The position numbers were made by a program, and so were the translations under genes. A stretch of DNA of 64,000 nucleotides, taken from positions 42,157 through 106,156 of the forward strand of contig CAVWCX010000027.1 in the NCBI GenBank assembly GCA_963753595.1. Direction: 5' to 3'. The stretch is from Candidatus Methanoperedenaceae archaeon (GTDB lineage Archaea; Halobacteriota; Methanosarcinia; Methanosarcinales; Methanoperedenaceae). Within the stretch, counting starts at the first letter, position 1, and the number at the start of each line of letters is the position of its first letter. Shown here piece after piece: positions 21,909 through 32,509 of the stretch. The notes beneath the pieces were generated by a model. That model was given only the letters and a program-made list of their open reading frames with translations, made no database searches and was not told where the DNA came from.

Positions 21909-21969
21909 AGGCCGAAATATACCCGCTGGATATTAAAAACATGGTATTCAATTAAAGATAAATACTCTT

Positions 21970-22419
21970 ATGTTGTTCATCTTCTGGAATATACCGGGAG
22001 GACTTGACCTGGAAGTTGAAGAAATAATCCGTTTATTGAATGAAGATTTCATGAGGGAAATCGAAGCTACATTGATCTACGTAAGAAATGCTTTTATCAT
22101 ACCGCAATGTGATCCCGGCAGGGTGACAGAAGCGATAGCTGTGGATGAAATGAGGCATATGAACTGGCTTGCCGACCTGATCGTGAAACGAGGTGGAAAG
22201 CCAGGTATGGAACATAAAGAACTTGATTTTGGAGGGGATGACCTTACAGGCATACTTAAAAAACAGATAGAGCTTGAGACTGAAGGCATCGAAATATACA
22301 AACATCAGATCGAAAGTATTGATGATCCTGAAGTCGTTGGAGTGTTAAAGCATATACTGGATGAAGAAAAAAGGCACAGGAAAGAGTTCAGGATGAGACT
22401 TGAAAAGATCCGGCAATAA
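21970..22419 (+). CDS. Ferritin-like/rubrerythrin-type diiron protein
   Basis: E..Y, DEMRH, E..Y, EEKRH diiron motifs; exact start uncertain. Confidence 0.85.
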   Translation: MLFIFWNIPGGLDLEVEEIIRLLNEDFMREIEATLIYVRNAFIIPQCDPGRVTEAIAVDEMRHMNWLADLIVKRGGKPGMEHKELDFGGDDLTGILKKQIELETEGIEIYKHQIESIDDPEVVGVLKHILDEEKRHRKEFRMRLEKIRQ

Positions 22420-22440
22420 TTTCCGGCACAACATTTATTT

Positions 22441-22935
22441 ATGGATAACTTAAACGGTTTTGAGGAACTTTCAGTTGATAAAGAGCATTCCCAGGTCAAA
22501 GTTCCCATAATGCATGTGGAACTGGCTCTCAATGCAAGGTATTTTATAAATGGCGGGGAAATTGGGTATTGCGGGTTATTGATAAATGGTGTCAAGGGAA
22601 GCGGTTTAAGAGGAAGGCTTGCGGCTGCGGCTGCAAAGAACTATATAGGTCGGACTATTTTTTGTTTTATATCGAAGACTTCTGAAGGTAAAAAACTGAT
22701 CACAGTTCCTGCATTATTTGAAAAAGAACCGGCTTTTGATGAGACACTCGATTTGAGTGACCTGATCATAAATACTTACTATCATAACGATTTTAAGATA
22801 AGTGGCCAGGAAGTACATAAAGAGCATTTGAACGCATTAAAAGGAAAACAAATATCAAATGATAAGGATAATCTTAAGAAAAGCCTGCTTGAGCTGCCAA
22901 AAAAAGGTATTGAAATATTAAAGTCGTATAGATGA
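22441..22935 (+). CDS. Hypothetical protein
   Basis: 164-aa ORF directly downstream of the ferritin-like gene; no motif recognised. Confidence 0.65.
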   Translation: MDNLNGFEELSVDKEHSQVKVPIMHVELALNARYFINGGEIGYCGLLINGVKGSGLRGRLAAAAAKNYIGRTIFCFISKTSEGKKLITVPALFEKEPAFDETLDLSDLIINTYYHNDFKISGQEVHKEHLNALKGKQISNDKDNLKKSLLELPKKGIEILKSYR

Positions 22936-22944
22936 TTTCAGGAT

Positions 22945-23442
22945 TTATCTTCGCCTCTCGATCGCAAGCTCGCAGTACTTATCCCCGCTGCACATGTTCA
23001 TTGTACCGGGCAGGATCGTGTAATCAGGATTCAAGCTTTCAACAGCAGACCTTATCATTGTCCTGCAGGCTGAGAAAGCAACGATCTTCGGATCAAGCCC
23101 CAATTGTCTCGCACTGTTTAGCACAGCACATCCGGTCACCTTCTCTATCACCCCATTTTTTGTTTCCATAGGCGGCTCATACCTGGATTCAGGTCCAAAG
23201 GATATCGAACTGATAATTCCAAGAGTCTCTCCTATTTGCATGGCATTCCCGGAAGGCAGGCCCATAGACATTGCAAGGTCTTTCATTTGTTCCGGCTTCT
23301 ATCCAGATAGGACGCTCGATCTCATCATATTTCGCACCAAGAACCTTCCTAAGTGACTGTCGTACAATAACGGCATGATGCTTGCTGATTTTGATGCTAT
23401 CTTCCATCGTTCTTTAAAAGGAATCTCTTCCAGACTTACCAT
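22945..23442 (-). pseudogene. V4R/ATC-hydrolase-like small protein with two frameshifts
   Basis: MVSLEEIPFKERWKIASK / LRKVLGAKYDEIERPIWIEAG / MKDLA..VTGC..AC..MCSGDKYCEL in three successive segments; Cys pattern is V4R-like. Confidence 0.6.
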
Positions 23443-23457
23443 ATTTATAACCTCCAC

Positions 23458-23483
23458 TTATTGAGGTATGATAACCTCAATAA
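23458..23483. promoter_or_regulatory. Inverted repeat TTATTGAGGT-N6-ACCTCAATAA, candidate operator
   Basis: Perfect 10-bp arms, 15 bp upstream of the 23442 start, in a divergent promoter region. Confidence 0.55.
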
Positions 23484-23650
23484 TATATGATAATTATAAG
23501 TACAAATATTTTCGCATCAGTTAATTTTTATCAAATTCCTATACCGCAAGTTTATTAAATCTTCAATTCTATTGAAATTTAGTAAATGGTTCAGGAAATC
23601 GCAACTATCGGCGGGGAATGCTTTCGGTTTAAAATTGGAGATCAATTAAT

Positions 23651-24472
23651 ATGGAGGTAACGATGATAGAAAAAACCAAAGACAGGAAAATGCCTGTATT
23701 GTTCATAGGTCATGGTTCACCCATGAATGTGATTTTAAAAAACGACTTTACAGACAGTCTTATAAAATTAGGGAAAAATTTACCAAAACCAAGAGCGATA
23801 TTGGTCATTTCAGCACACTGGTTAACAGATGGGACATATGTAACATGTATGGAAAAACCAGAGACAATTCATGATTTTTATGGGTTTCCCGAAGAATTAT
23901 ATGAAATAGAATATCCATGCCCTGGTTCAGTAGAGTATGCGGGGCTTTTGACAGGATCAGTAAAAAAGACCCATATCAAATGTAACAATGAATGGGGATT
24001 AGACCATGCTTCCTGGGCAATTTTAAAGCATATCTATCCCGGGGCAGATATTCCGGTTTTTGAGATGAGCCTTGATTATACTTTTAATGAATGGCATCCA
24101 AAACCGATACGATATCATTATGATCTGGCCTCAGAGCTTGCTTTTTTGAGGGAAAAAGGAGTTCTTATCATAGGCAGCGGTAATATTGTTCATAATCTTG
24201 GAATTATTGATTTTCGAAATATTGATGCAACACCTTTTGATTGGGCTGTGGAATTCGATGAGAAAGTAAAATCAGATATAATAAACAAGAACCATGCAGA
24301 ACTTATCGGGTATCAAAAGATGAATGGTTCACACCAGGCAGTGCCAACACCTGACCATTATTTACCGATGATCTATGTATTAGGTTTACAGGAAGAAAAT
24401 GACAAATTAAAATTTATTTATGAAGGATTTCATTATGGTTCAATTTCCATGAGGTGTTTCCAGATCGGGTAA
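23651..24472 (+). CDS. ygiD: 4,5-DOPA extradiol dioxygenase (YgiD/LigB family)
   Basis: LFIGHGSPMN, ISAHW, TIHDFYGFP, WGLDH, GSGNIVHNL, PTPDHYLP. Confidence 0.92.
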   Translation: MEVTMIEKTKDRKMPVLFIGHGSPMNVILKNDFTDSLIKLGKNLPKPRAILVISAHWLTDGTYVTCMEKPETIHDFYGFPEELYEIEYPCPGSVEYAGLLTGSVKKTHIKCNNEWGLDHASWAILKHIYPGADIPVFEMSLDYTFNEWHPKPIRYHYDLASELAFLREKGVLIIGSGNIVHNLGIIDFRNIDATPFDWAVEFDEKVKSDIINKNHAELIGYQKMNGSHQAVPTPDHYLPMIYVLGLQEENDKLKFIYEGFHYGSISMRCFQIG

Positions 24473-24530
24473 CCTGCATTTGAATCGCTGTGGGATAAGT
24501 GCCGCGATAGCTTGCAGATCGACGTGCCTT

Positions 24531-24905
24531 TCACAGAGATATAGCTGCCGGGGATCTGGTTTTAGCTTTCTGGGTTGCTTCTAACCACGGGATCATTTCT
24601 TTTGTCTTTTGCACCGGTTCACTTTGTGGGATTATTTCTTTAGCATTCTGTATTGGTTCTTCCAGCTGCAAAGTTATTTCTTTGGCTTTTTGCAGAAAGA
24701 TCTTTCCTTTATCTGTTGTGATATATTTTTCAGAATTGGTCTCAAGAAACCCCTGTTTTTCCAACAGTTCAATATATTTCTCGGCCAGGGTGAAATTTAT
24801 ATTTGTTCTATAAACCATTGCCGTCTTGTTTACGCCATTTTTCGCTACACCCAATATATCTACAACAATATCGATCCTGCTTCGCCTCATTTTTATACCA
24901 TCCAT
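24531..24905 (-). CDS. Archaeal winged-helix regulator with repetitive C-terminal tail
   Basis: RRSRIDIVVDIL..KTAMVYRTNINF..Y..TDKG. Confidence 0.8.
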   Translation of the reverse strand: MDGIKMRRSRIDIVVDILGVAKNGVNKTAMVYRTNINFTLAEKYIELLEKQGFLETNSEKYITTDKGKIFLQKAKEITLQLEEPIQNAKEIIPQSEPVQKTKEMIPWLEATQKAKTRSPAAISL

Positions 24906-25018
24906 ATTTTTTCCTATACCGCACAGTTTTTGATTATGGTTATGATAATACTCATAGTAAATATATCTTTCTGTTTTATGTGGGTGTAAAATCTGTTGGT
25001 GTTTGTTGGAATCAACAA

Positions 25019-25077
25019 AACCACAGATAAAAATAAATGAACAATACGCTATCACAAATCCGCGTTTATCGGCGGTT
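25019..25077. repeat. Degenerate palindromic element (CGCAGATAAA/TTTATCxGCG family)
   Basis: AACCACAGATAAA ... AATCCGCGTTTATCGGCGGTT; right arm resembles 50552-50568. Confidence 0.5.
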
Positions 25078-25103
25078 TCTTATTTTCAAATCAGGAAAAA
25101 ATA

Positions 25104-25352
25104 TTATTTTCTCAAAGACAGCTCTTTTAAGAGTTCTTCTTTTGAAACTCTCCCAACAAACACAACATCCCCATCGATAGCCACTGTTGGCACCGACATA
25201 ATATTTAGTTCGGATGCCTTTTGCTTTCCTTCAGGGTAGGATATGTTTATTTCTTTGAACTTGTTGTTTTTTGGAAGCGTTTCTATTAAAAGAGCCCTGA
25301 CCTGATGGCAGGTTGTGCAAGTGTCTGAATAATAAAGTTCAACTGTAGTCAT
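25104..25352 (-). CDS. Thioredoxin/glutaredoxin-like protein
   Basis: CTTC and SVPTVAIDG..FVG. Confidence 0.88.
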   Translation of the reverse strand: MTTVELYYSDTCTTCHQVRALLIETLPKNNKFKEINISYPEGKQKASELNIMSVPTVAIDGDVVFVGRVSKEELLKELSLRK

Positions 25353-25438
25353 TTACTTCCTAGTTGTTTTTTCTCCATAATAAATGAGTTGTTTATCAGG
25401 CAATATTTGCTATGAAATAAAATAAATGAATTTTATTA

Positions 25439-25513
25439 TGGGGTCGCTGAGATTTGAACTCAGGTCTCATGCACCCCAAGCATGAAGGATGGACCAGGCT
25501 ACCCTACGACCCC
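25439..25513 (-). tRNA. tRNA-Pro(GGG)
   Basis: GGGGTCG acceptor stem, CATGC-TTGGGGT-GCATG anticodon arm, GTTCAAATC. Confidence 0.96.
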
Positions 25514-25583
25514 GCAGGTGCATGCCCTTAGATATCCTAAGAGTATTTTATTCTTTCCTATAAAGTTCCTGATCGTAGAGTCC

Positions 25584-26418
25584 TTATCCCTGTTTATTCG
25601 GGTTAATTCGAAGGCTGATATCCAGCCAGTTCGATGAATGCGTGAGCGCCCCGATCGAGATAATATCAACCCCTGTCCTTCCATACTTATCCACATTTTC
25701 AATGGATATGCCGCCTGACGCTTCAAGTATTAAATTATCTCTGTAGTCCTTTTTCTTCAAGTGTTTTTACCGCCTTTTGAATTTCTTTTACTGTCATATT
25801 ATCGAACATTATGATATCCACCTTCATTTTTGCCGCGTGGACCGCATCATCAATAGTTTCAACTTCAACCTCGATCTTCTGCGTGAAACTTGCTGCGTTT
25901 TTAGCTGCCGTTATAGCTTTTTCAAGGCCGATTACCGCGATATGATTATCTTTTATCATAACAGCATCTGAAAGATTGAACCTGTGAGGGTCTCCTCCTC
26001 CTGCAACCACTGCTTTTTTTTCAAATTTTCGAAATCCCGGGGTTGTTTTCCTGGTAGATGCAATTCTTGGCCCGCCAGCTTTTTCAACATACTGGCGCGT
26101 AAGTGTTGCAATACCGCTCATTCTTCCAAGGAAATTCAACGCAAGCCTTTCTGCCCTGAGTATTGATCTTGCCCCGCCATCAAGGGTGAAAATGATATCA
26201 TTTTCCTTTACCATATCCCCATCCTGGAAATCCGTACCCGGAAATATTTCAAAATATTCAAAGATCTGCGTGGCTTCGGATAGTCCTGCGACAATTCCGA
26301 ATTCCCTGGCAATAACTTCTGCGCTTACCCTGCAATCAGGAATTATATTGCAGGAAACATCATCATAGCCGATATCTTCTTCAACAAAACGTTCCAATTC
26401 AGTTAATAGCATAATCAA
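25584..26418 (-). CDS. nadC: Nicotinate-nucleotide pyrophosphorylase, frameshift near 25745
   Basis: ERLALN, STRKT, HRFNLSD, KDNH, EVEVE; C-terminal [14 protein letters not shown] in another frame. Confidence 0.92.
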
Positions 26419-26492
26419 ATCCCTCTAATTAATTATCCAGAAATTACTTATATGCTACTATTAAAGTATTAGAAAGTAAATCAGGGAAAATT

Positions 26493-27305
26493 ATGTTAAA
26501 AATAGGAGTTATTGGCTGCGGAGCAATAGGTACCCAGATATGCAAGGCCATAGACAATGGGATTATAAGCGCGCAGCTTATTGGTTTTTATGATCGAAGC
26601 AGTGAGAATTGTGAATGTCTTCTCAGGGCACTTAAAAACAAACCTGCCATATCTTCACCTGAGGAATTAATATCAAAAGCTGATATTGTTGTTGAATGTG
26701 CTTCCCAGGCAGCTGTGCGGGAACATGGGCTTTTTGTTCTGGAAATGGGAAAAGACCTAATGGTTATGAGTGTAGGCGCTCTCATGGACCCGGATTTATT
26801 GAATAAATTCATCATGGCCGCCAGGAAAAACGGATGCAGGATTTATGTACCATCAGGAGCCATAGCCGGTATCGACGGTTTAAAATCGGCATCGATGGCA
26901 TCAATAGATAAAGTTATTCTTTCAACCACAAAAAACCCGAAAGGATTAAGCGGGGCACCTTTTATCGTGGAAAATAATATTGATCCGGGCTCTTTTCGTG
27001 AAAAGACCCTGATATTTGAAGGAAATGCAAAAGAAGCTGTCAGGGCATTCCCGGCAAATGTTAATGTAGCCGCTTCATTAAGCCTTGCAGGGATCGGGGC
27101 TGAAAAAACACAGGTGAAAGTTTTTGTTGATCCCCGGGCTTTACGGAACATTCATGAAATTACGGTCATCGGGGATTTCGGAACGTTCACATCCCGCATC
27201 GAAAATGTACCGTCCCCTGATAATCCCAAAACAAGTCTTCTGGCAGCGCTGTCTGCGATCGCAACTTTGAGAAAGATAACTGAACCATTACAGATAGGGA
27301 CTTAA
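26493..27305 (+). CDS. nadX: L-aspartate dehydrogenase
   Basis: IGCGAIG, VECAS, SGAIAGID, FPANVNVA, NPKTS; divergent from nadC. Confidence 0.93.
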   Translation: MLKIGVIGCGAIGTQICKAIDNGIISAQLIGFYDRSSENCECLLRALKNKPAISSPEELISKADIVVECASQAAVREHGLFVLEMGKDLMVMSVGALMDPDLLNKFIMAARKNGCRIYVPSGAIAGIDGLKSASMASIDKVILSTTKNPKGLSGAPFIVENNIDPGSFREKTLIFEGNAKEAVRAFPANVNVAASLSLAGIGAEKTQVKVFVDPRALRNIHEITVIGDFGTFTSRIENVPSPDNPKTSLLAALSAIATLRKITEPLQIGT

Positions 27306-27306
27306 A

Positions 27307-28214
27307 ATGACTTTTGAAGGGATTTTTTCAATAATTTCTGAAATTAAAAAAAAGATAATTTATATTGTCGCTGTTTTCACAGCAGGAGCGCTATTATCTT
27401 TTTCATATATGGGAGTGGTAATTAAGAAGATAGAAACGGATATGTTCTGGGGTTTGAACATTCCGGATAAACCTGATGCTTCTAAACAATTGCTTGAAAT
27501 TTCCCAGAATATTGCATCGATATCAAACAGGCTTGCTGATAAAATAATTCCATAATTTCTGTGAATAATTCCATGATTTCAGAGAACCTTACGAGGGCCT
27601 CCAATGATATTTTAAATATTTCCCAGAACCTGCATTTATATAAACCTAATATTATTTACCTGACACCGATGGAAGTATTGATGCTTGAGTTCAAGATGTC
27701 TCTTGTATTCGGTATTCTTATAGTCTCTCCTCTCATACTGTATTACGTTTACAGGGGGGCAAGAGGCAGGATCACCAGCCTCCCTTTTATTCGTGATAAA
27801 AAAACCCTGGTAGTTTCAACAATACTCGCTTCAATAGCTTTGTTTTTAATCGGCGCAGGATATGCATATTTTTATATGCTGCCATTTTTCCTGGGTTTCC
27901 TTTACCAGGATGCCATGAACCTGGGGATAAACGCCACTTTTTCAATTTATGAATTCATTTCTTTTATTGTATTGACGACAGTGATCCTTGGAATTGCTTT
28001 TGAATTACCCGTGATATTGACTTTTCTTGTCCACCTTGGGGTCACATCAAGGAAGACGCTTGCTCATTACAGAAGACATGCATACATAATACTGTTGATA
28101 ATCGCCGCCTGGGTCACGCCAGATCCTACCATGTTCACCCAGGTCATGGTCGCGCTGCCGTTTATAATACTGTATGAAGCAAGCCTGGTAGTAATGAGAT
28201 TAACAGGAAAATGA
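27307..28214 (+). CDS. tatC: Twin-arginine translocase subunit TatC, frameshift near 27545
   Basis: YLTPME, FELP, YRRHAY, TPDP, LYE; N-terminal part in a different frame. Confidence 0.88.
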
Positions 28215-28217
28215 TTT

Positions 28218-28916
28218 TCAGGACTTCAAGAAAAATTCAAGCGCATAGACTATCACAGCGCCGAGAATGACCGCAAAAATAACTTTTATATTGAATTTCT
28301 TATGGGCATCCGGGAGAAGGTCACTTGCAGCGATATAAAGGAAATCTCCTGTAACTATTGCCAGGATAATTGTATTTAATCCGTTGGGGACAAAGACTGC
28401 AAGGGATGCGCCTATTGGATAAAGGATCGCTTCTACAAAAAGCGCTATCATGATCCTGGGTTTTGCCTGCCCTGCGCGTTCAAGTAGGAGCGTTGTAGTA
28501 ATGCCCTGCGGGATCTCATGGATTATCACAGATAGCGCAACGACTATTCCAGTGAGAGGATTTATTAGATAGGCAATTGCGATCCCGATTCCGTCTATAA
28601 TGTTGTCCGAGGCCATCCCAAGCACAGGGAGCCAGCCTATCCTGTGAACTTCTGATGTACATTCATATTCTCCGCATGAATGGATCATCGTAAGGCGTTC
28701 AAGCAAGTAGAAAAAAAAGAAGCCGATCCCGATATATAAAGAATCCCCCGGCGGAATTTCAGGCAGCATCTCGAAAAATACAGCCCCAAGCATCGTTCCT
28801 GCTGCAAACCCGATTATGTATCTTGTATGCGACTCTTCCAGCTTGTAATAAAATGGGATCAAACCGCTAATCAGGTCTGAAAGGCCTGCAAAAAATGCCA
28901 GAAGAATGGTGATCAT
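28218..28916 (-). CDS. ZIP family metal transporter
   Basis: GFAAG.ML, DNIIDG, HEIPQG, YIAASDLLP. Confidence 0.9.
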   Translation of the reverse strand: MITILLAFFAGLSDLISGLIPFYYKLEESHTRYIIGFAAGTMLGAVFFEMLPEIPPGDSLYIGIGFFFFYLLERLTMIHSCGEYECTSEVHRIGWLPVLGMASDNIIDGIGIAIAYLINPLTGIVVALSVIIHEIPQGITTTLLLERAGQAKPRIMIALFVEAILYPIGASLAVFVPNGLNTIILAIVTGDFLYIAASDLLPDAHKKFNIKVIFAVILGAVIVYALEFFLKS

Positions 28917-28997
28917 TGAAGCTCTGGAACTACCTGCTTGCTTTTATCCTTTTCGTTGGAAGAAAAGTATATAAAAGATAAAGTTATCTTTAAATAT

Positions 28998-29276
28998 ATG
29001 CCAGAAAATATCAAAGTACACGAAAAAGATAAGCATATATTCGATATGTTTCAAGCAGAATTAACGCTCATGAGTGGTAAAAAGATAAACCAGCAGGAGT
29101 TGTTCTCCAGTATCATAGAGTTTACACGATCAAAAAAAGAGACTTTTTTTGCCAGGCTTCTTAAACTTCCCCTTTCTGAAAAAGAGATGAAGAAAATAAA
29201 AAGTCTCCAGGGCGATTGGGGAGTCATTACGACTGAAAAAGAGATCGATATGGTAGTTTATGGGGCCGAAAAATGA
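28998..29276 (+). CDS. Putative antitoxin (VapB-like)
   Basis: Small ORF overlapping the PIN gene by 4 bp; ends EIDMVVYG. Confidence 0.7.
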   Translation: MPENIKVHEKDKHIFDMFQAELTLMSGKKINQQELFSSIIEFTRSKKETFFARLLKLPLSEKEMKKIKSLQGDWGVITTEKEIDMVVYGAEK

Positions 29277-29698
29277 GTGTTTTCATAGATACCGGGATAT
29301 TCATCGCATATGTTAACAAGAGGGATGAGCATCATATCCCGGCCACTCATATTATTGAAGAAATTCTGACAAATAAATACGGTGCGGCATTTACATCAGA
29401 CATGGTTTTTGATGAGTTGATGACATTTATACTTTACAAAACAGGTGATATAACTAAAGCGATAAGAGTCAGGGATATGATACTCGGAAATGAAGACAAA
29501 GATATTGTGCGGTTTATTAATCTCATTTTTATGGATGAGGATATACTGGAGAAAAGCTGGAATAGTTTTGTGAAATATGCAGATAAAAAGTTGAGTTTTA
29601 CAGATTGTTCCACGATAGAGTTAATGAAAATCAGGGGTATTCCGCATCTTGCGAGTTTTGACGGCGGGTTTGATGGGATAATAGAGAGGATCAGGTAA
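29273..29698 (+). CDS. vapC: VapC/PIN-domain toxin
   Basis: VFIDTG, D..H, E, LSFTDC, SFD..F. Confidence 0.9.
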   Translation: MSVFIDTGIFIAYVNKRDEHHIPATHIIEEILTNKYGAAFTSDMVFDELMTFILYKTGDITKAIRVRDMILGNEDKDIVRFINLIFMDEDILEKSWNSFVKYADKKLSFTDCSTIELMKIRGIPHLASFDGGFDGIIERIR

Positions 29699-29733
29699 TG
29701 ATTCTACCTATCTGCTCTTGATTTGAGTTTATA

Positions 29734-31471
29734 TTAAAACCCATGCGCTGCGTATGGCGCTATCATCACGAACACAAAAGACAAAAGGATCAATACTGCA
29801 AATACCAGCACGATCGCATTGGATAGCCTTTCCACTTTCTCGCCATCTCCGAACACCTTTGTCAGGAATGAAGTCATAACGTCACGGAACACATGCCCGC
29901 CATCAAGAGGGACTGCAGGAAGGCAATTAAATAGCCCGGCATATAAATTCATCCAGCCGATCCATAACAGGGCATTTAATGCCCAGAACACAAGTACGCC
30001 GAACACTGCTACCCAGCCTGTGGGCTCGTAAAAATTCAAAAGTATGCCGCTAAATCCCGGGAAACTTTCACCGGTAAAACCAAATAACGGAAGGCCAAAT
30101 ATTATTATCCATCCATAGATCCCGGTCATTAACGATGGAATGCTCTTCAACATATGAAGGTATGTTTTTGCCTGGAATTCACCTATCTCCGATCCCGATG
30201 GAATAACTTACTGCACCCTGTTCAGGTGAATAGGATACACCAAGGAAACCTTTATTGGCATTCACAGGGGAGGGATTTTTTCCAAGTTCAACAGCTTTGA
30301 ACACTTCAGTTGAAGCATCAGGAGAGCTGTTACTTAATAGATATATATCGATTTTCTGTCCCTCTTTTGTGGAATTCATGAAATTTATGAAATCTTTGAG
30401 TTCTTTAATTTCAGTATCATCTATCCTGACTATTATCATGCCTTCCTTTAGTCCGGCGGCCAGGGCAGCCGAACCTTCTATTACAGTAAATACCTTTACA
30501 CCTGCACGCGTAACGTTTTTTCCTGTTGCATCCAGATGTATTTCTTTTGGTACCCCTTTCTCAACAAGATTTAACTTTACATTGCTGCCAGGCGCGATGG
30601 TATTGGCATATAAAAGAAAATCTGATGCATTATTGACTTTAATATCATTTATTCCTGTCAATATCATGTTCTCGTTAACACCAGCAAGTTGTGCAGGAGA
30701 ACCGGGGATAACCGATGTGACCATTACGTCTCCTACTGTTGAAATAGAGCCAAGTAATGTGAAAAACAGGAAAAAAGCAATAATTGCCGTGACAAAATTA
30801 GCCATCACTCCTGCTGTAAGCACTCGCACACGCTCGCTTCGGGTGGCTATTCGCTTTGGTTCAGGTGTTTCTTCTGTCCTGGGTACAATCTGGGGTTCTT
30901 CAGTCCGGGATTCTGTTTCCAAATCGCTTTTCTCTTCTTTTTTCCCCAGCAGCTGTTCTTCATCAGGTTCGGCAAAACCACCCACAGGAACAAGAGCAAG
31001 CAATATTCCCATAGATTTTACTTTGATGCCTTCCACTTTGCATAGGATCGCATGGGAAAACTCATGTACCATGAGAGTTACGATCAATGCGATAGCTCCC
31101 CAGATCAAAGGAATATATTCATTAAGTCCGGGGATCAGGAAAATATTGCGGGGTTCGTTGAATTTTGTGGGCTGGGGCACGGTCTGCGTCTGGAATGATG
31201 TAATAAGGGAGTAATCGATGAACAGGATCAGCAGAAACATTATCAGCATACCTATAAGCATAGCTGGAAGCCCTATATTTGCAAATGTTCTCCAGAATCT
31301 TTTATGAACTGCAAGCCTGTCCAGGAATCCCTGGCCTTTCGTTGTGCGTATCATCAGTAGTGGGCCAATGGCAGTTATATTATATTTTGCCAATGTCCCG
31401 CGACTGTTGAGGATCATGACAATGAGCCAGTAAATTAAGAACAGTGGCAATAAAAGATCAGTGTAATTCAA
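29734..31471 (-). CDS. Site-2 (M50) protease with two PDZ domains, frameshift near 30180
   Basis: HEFSH, GGFAEPD, AGVMANF and PDZ repeats; FNCLPAVPLDGG lies in the downstream ORF. Confidence 0.9.
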
Positions 31472-31541
31472 AAATTTGTCTCCGGAAATAATATCAGTAA
31501 ATTATTAAACTCATTATACATATTAAGCTTTGGGTGACTTA

Positions 31542-31853
31542 ATGTTTTCAATAATATATATAACCGCCGGAGATATGGCACAAGCCCGGATGATCGGTCG
31601 CAAACTTGTCGAGGAGCGCCTTGCCGCCTGCGTGAATATTTTTCCGATCACTTCAATTTTCAGATGGAAAGGTAATATTGATGAAGCCAATGAATTCGGG
31701 ATTATCGTAAAAACAAGATCAGATAAAGTAAAGGAAATAGAGAAGAAAGTATTAGAGATCCACAGCTATGAGGTTCCCTGTGTAGTGTCGTTTAAGATCG
31801 ATGAAGGTTCGAAAGATTACCTTAATTGGATTGATGAGTCTGTGGGAGATTAA
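31542..31853 (+). CDS. cutA: Divalent-cation tolerance protein CutA
   Basis: LVEERLAACVNI, HSYEVP, YLNWI. Confidence 0.95.
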   Translation: MFSIIYITAGDMAQARMIGRKLVEERLAACVNIFPITSIFRWKGNIDEANEFGIIVKTRSDKVKEIEKKVLEIHSYEVPCVVSFKIDEGSKDYLNWIDESVGD

Positions 31854-32509
31854 AATGAAGTTATCTTTAGATTTTTCCTTTTTACCGGCAGATAGATATC
31901 TCCATCAGACCCATCAATTTTGATAGCAATACCTGTTCCCTCACAGTAAGCCGTATATGCAGCAAGAATTGCATCAAGTTCATCATCCGATAAAAGCCGG
32001 TCATTTGTGATCTCATCCAGTCCCCCGATCAACAGAAGAAGCCCATCCTGGATAACGCGGCGCCCAATTCCTGTTTTCTTTTTCACTTCCGTTCCAATGC
32101 CAAGCGTTCTCCTGGAAGCGTATGGGTACACCTCAATCACCTTTACGCCGGTTTCTTTTTCAGCCCATTCCTTGAGGTCGATCCCCTTGTTTACCCATTT
32201 GCTCACCCACTCGGCTCCCGATGGATAACACGCAATACCATGTTTACGAAGTCGTGTTTCGCATTCCCTCATGGTGCCATGTTCGGGTTTTGATAGAGGC
32301 GCATCAATGGCTATTATCATTGATCCGGCTTTTTCTGATATATGTTTAATAAAGGAATGTATCAATGAATCGTCTGAAATAACATGTTCAGGTAAGGTTT
32401 CCATAAATGGCATCCCGTTTTTTTCAATAAGATAAGCAAGGCCAGTGCTTTTTCGCTGCATACTCGTGCCAAGATCAATGCCAATGAAAATTGTTGGTTT
32501 ATAGTTCAT
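31850..32509 (-). CDS. DUF429 family (RNase H-like fold) protein
   Basis: GIDL, IDAPL, R.CE, IEVYP, DELDA. Confidence 0.85.
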   Translation of the reverse strand: MNYKPTIFIGIDLGTSMQRKSTGLAYLIEKNGMPFMETLPEHVISDDSLIHSFIKHISEKAGSMIIAIDAPLSKPEHGTMRECETRLRKHGIACYPSGAEWVSKWVNKGIDLKEWAEKETGVKVIEVYPYASRRTLGIGTEVKKKTGIGRRVIQDGLLLLIGGLDEITNDRLLSDDELDAILAAYTAYCEGTGIAIKIDGSDGDIYLPVKRKNLKITSF

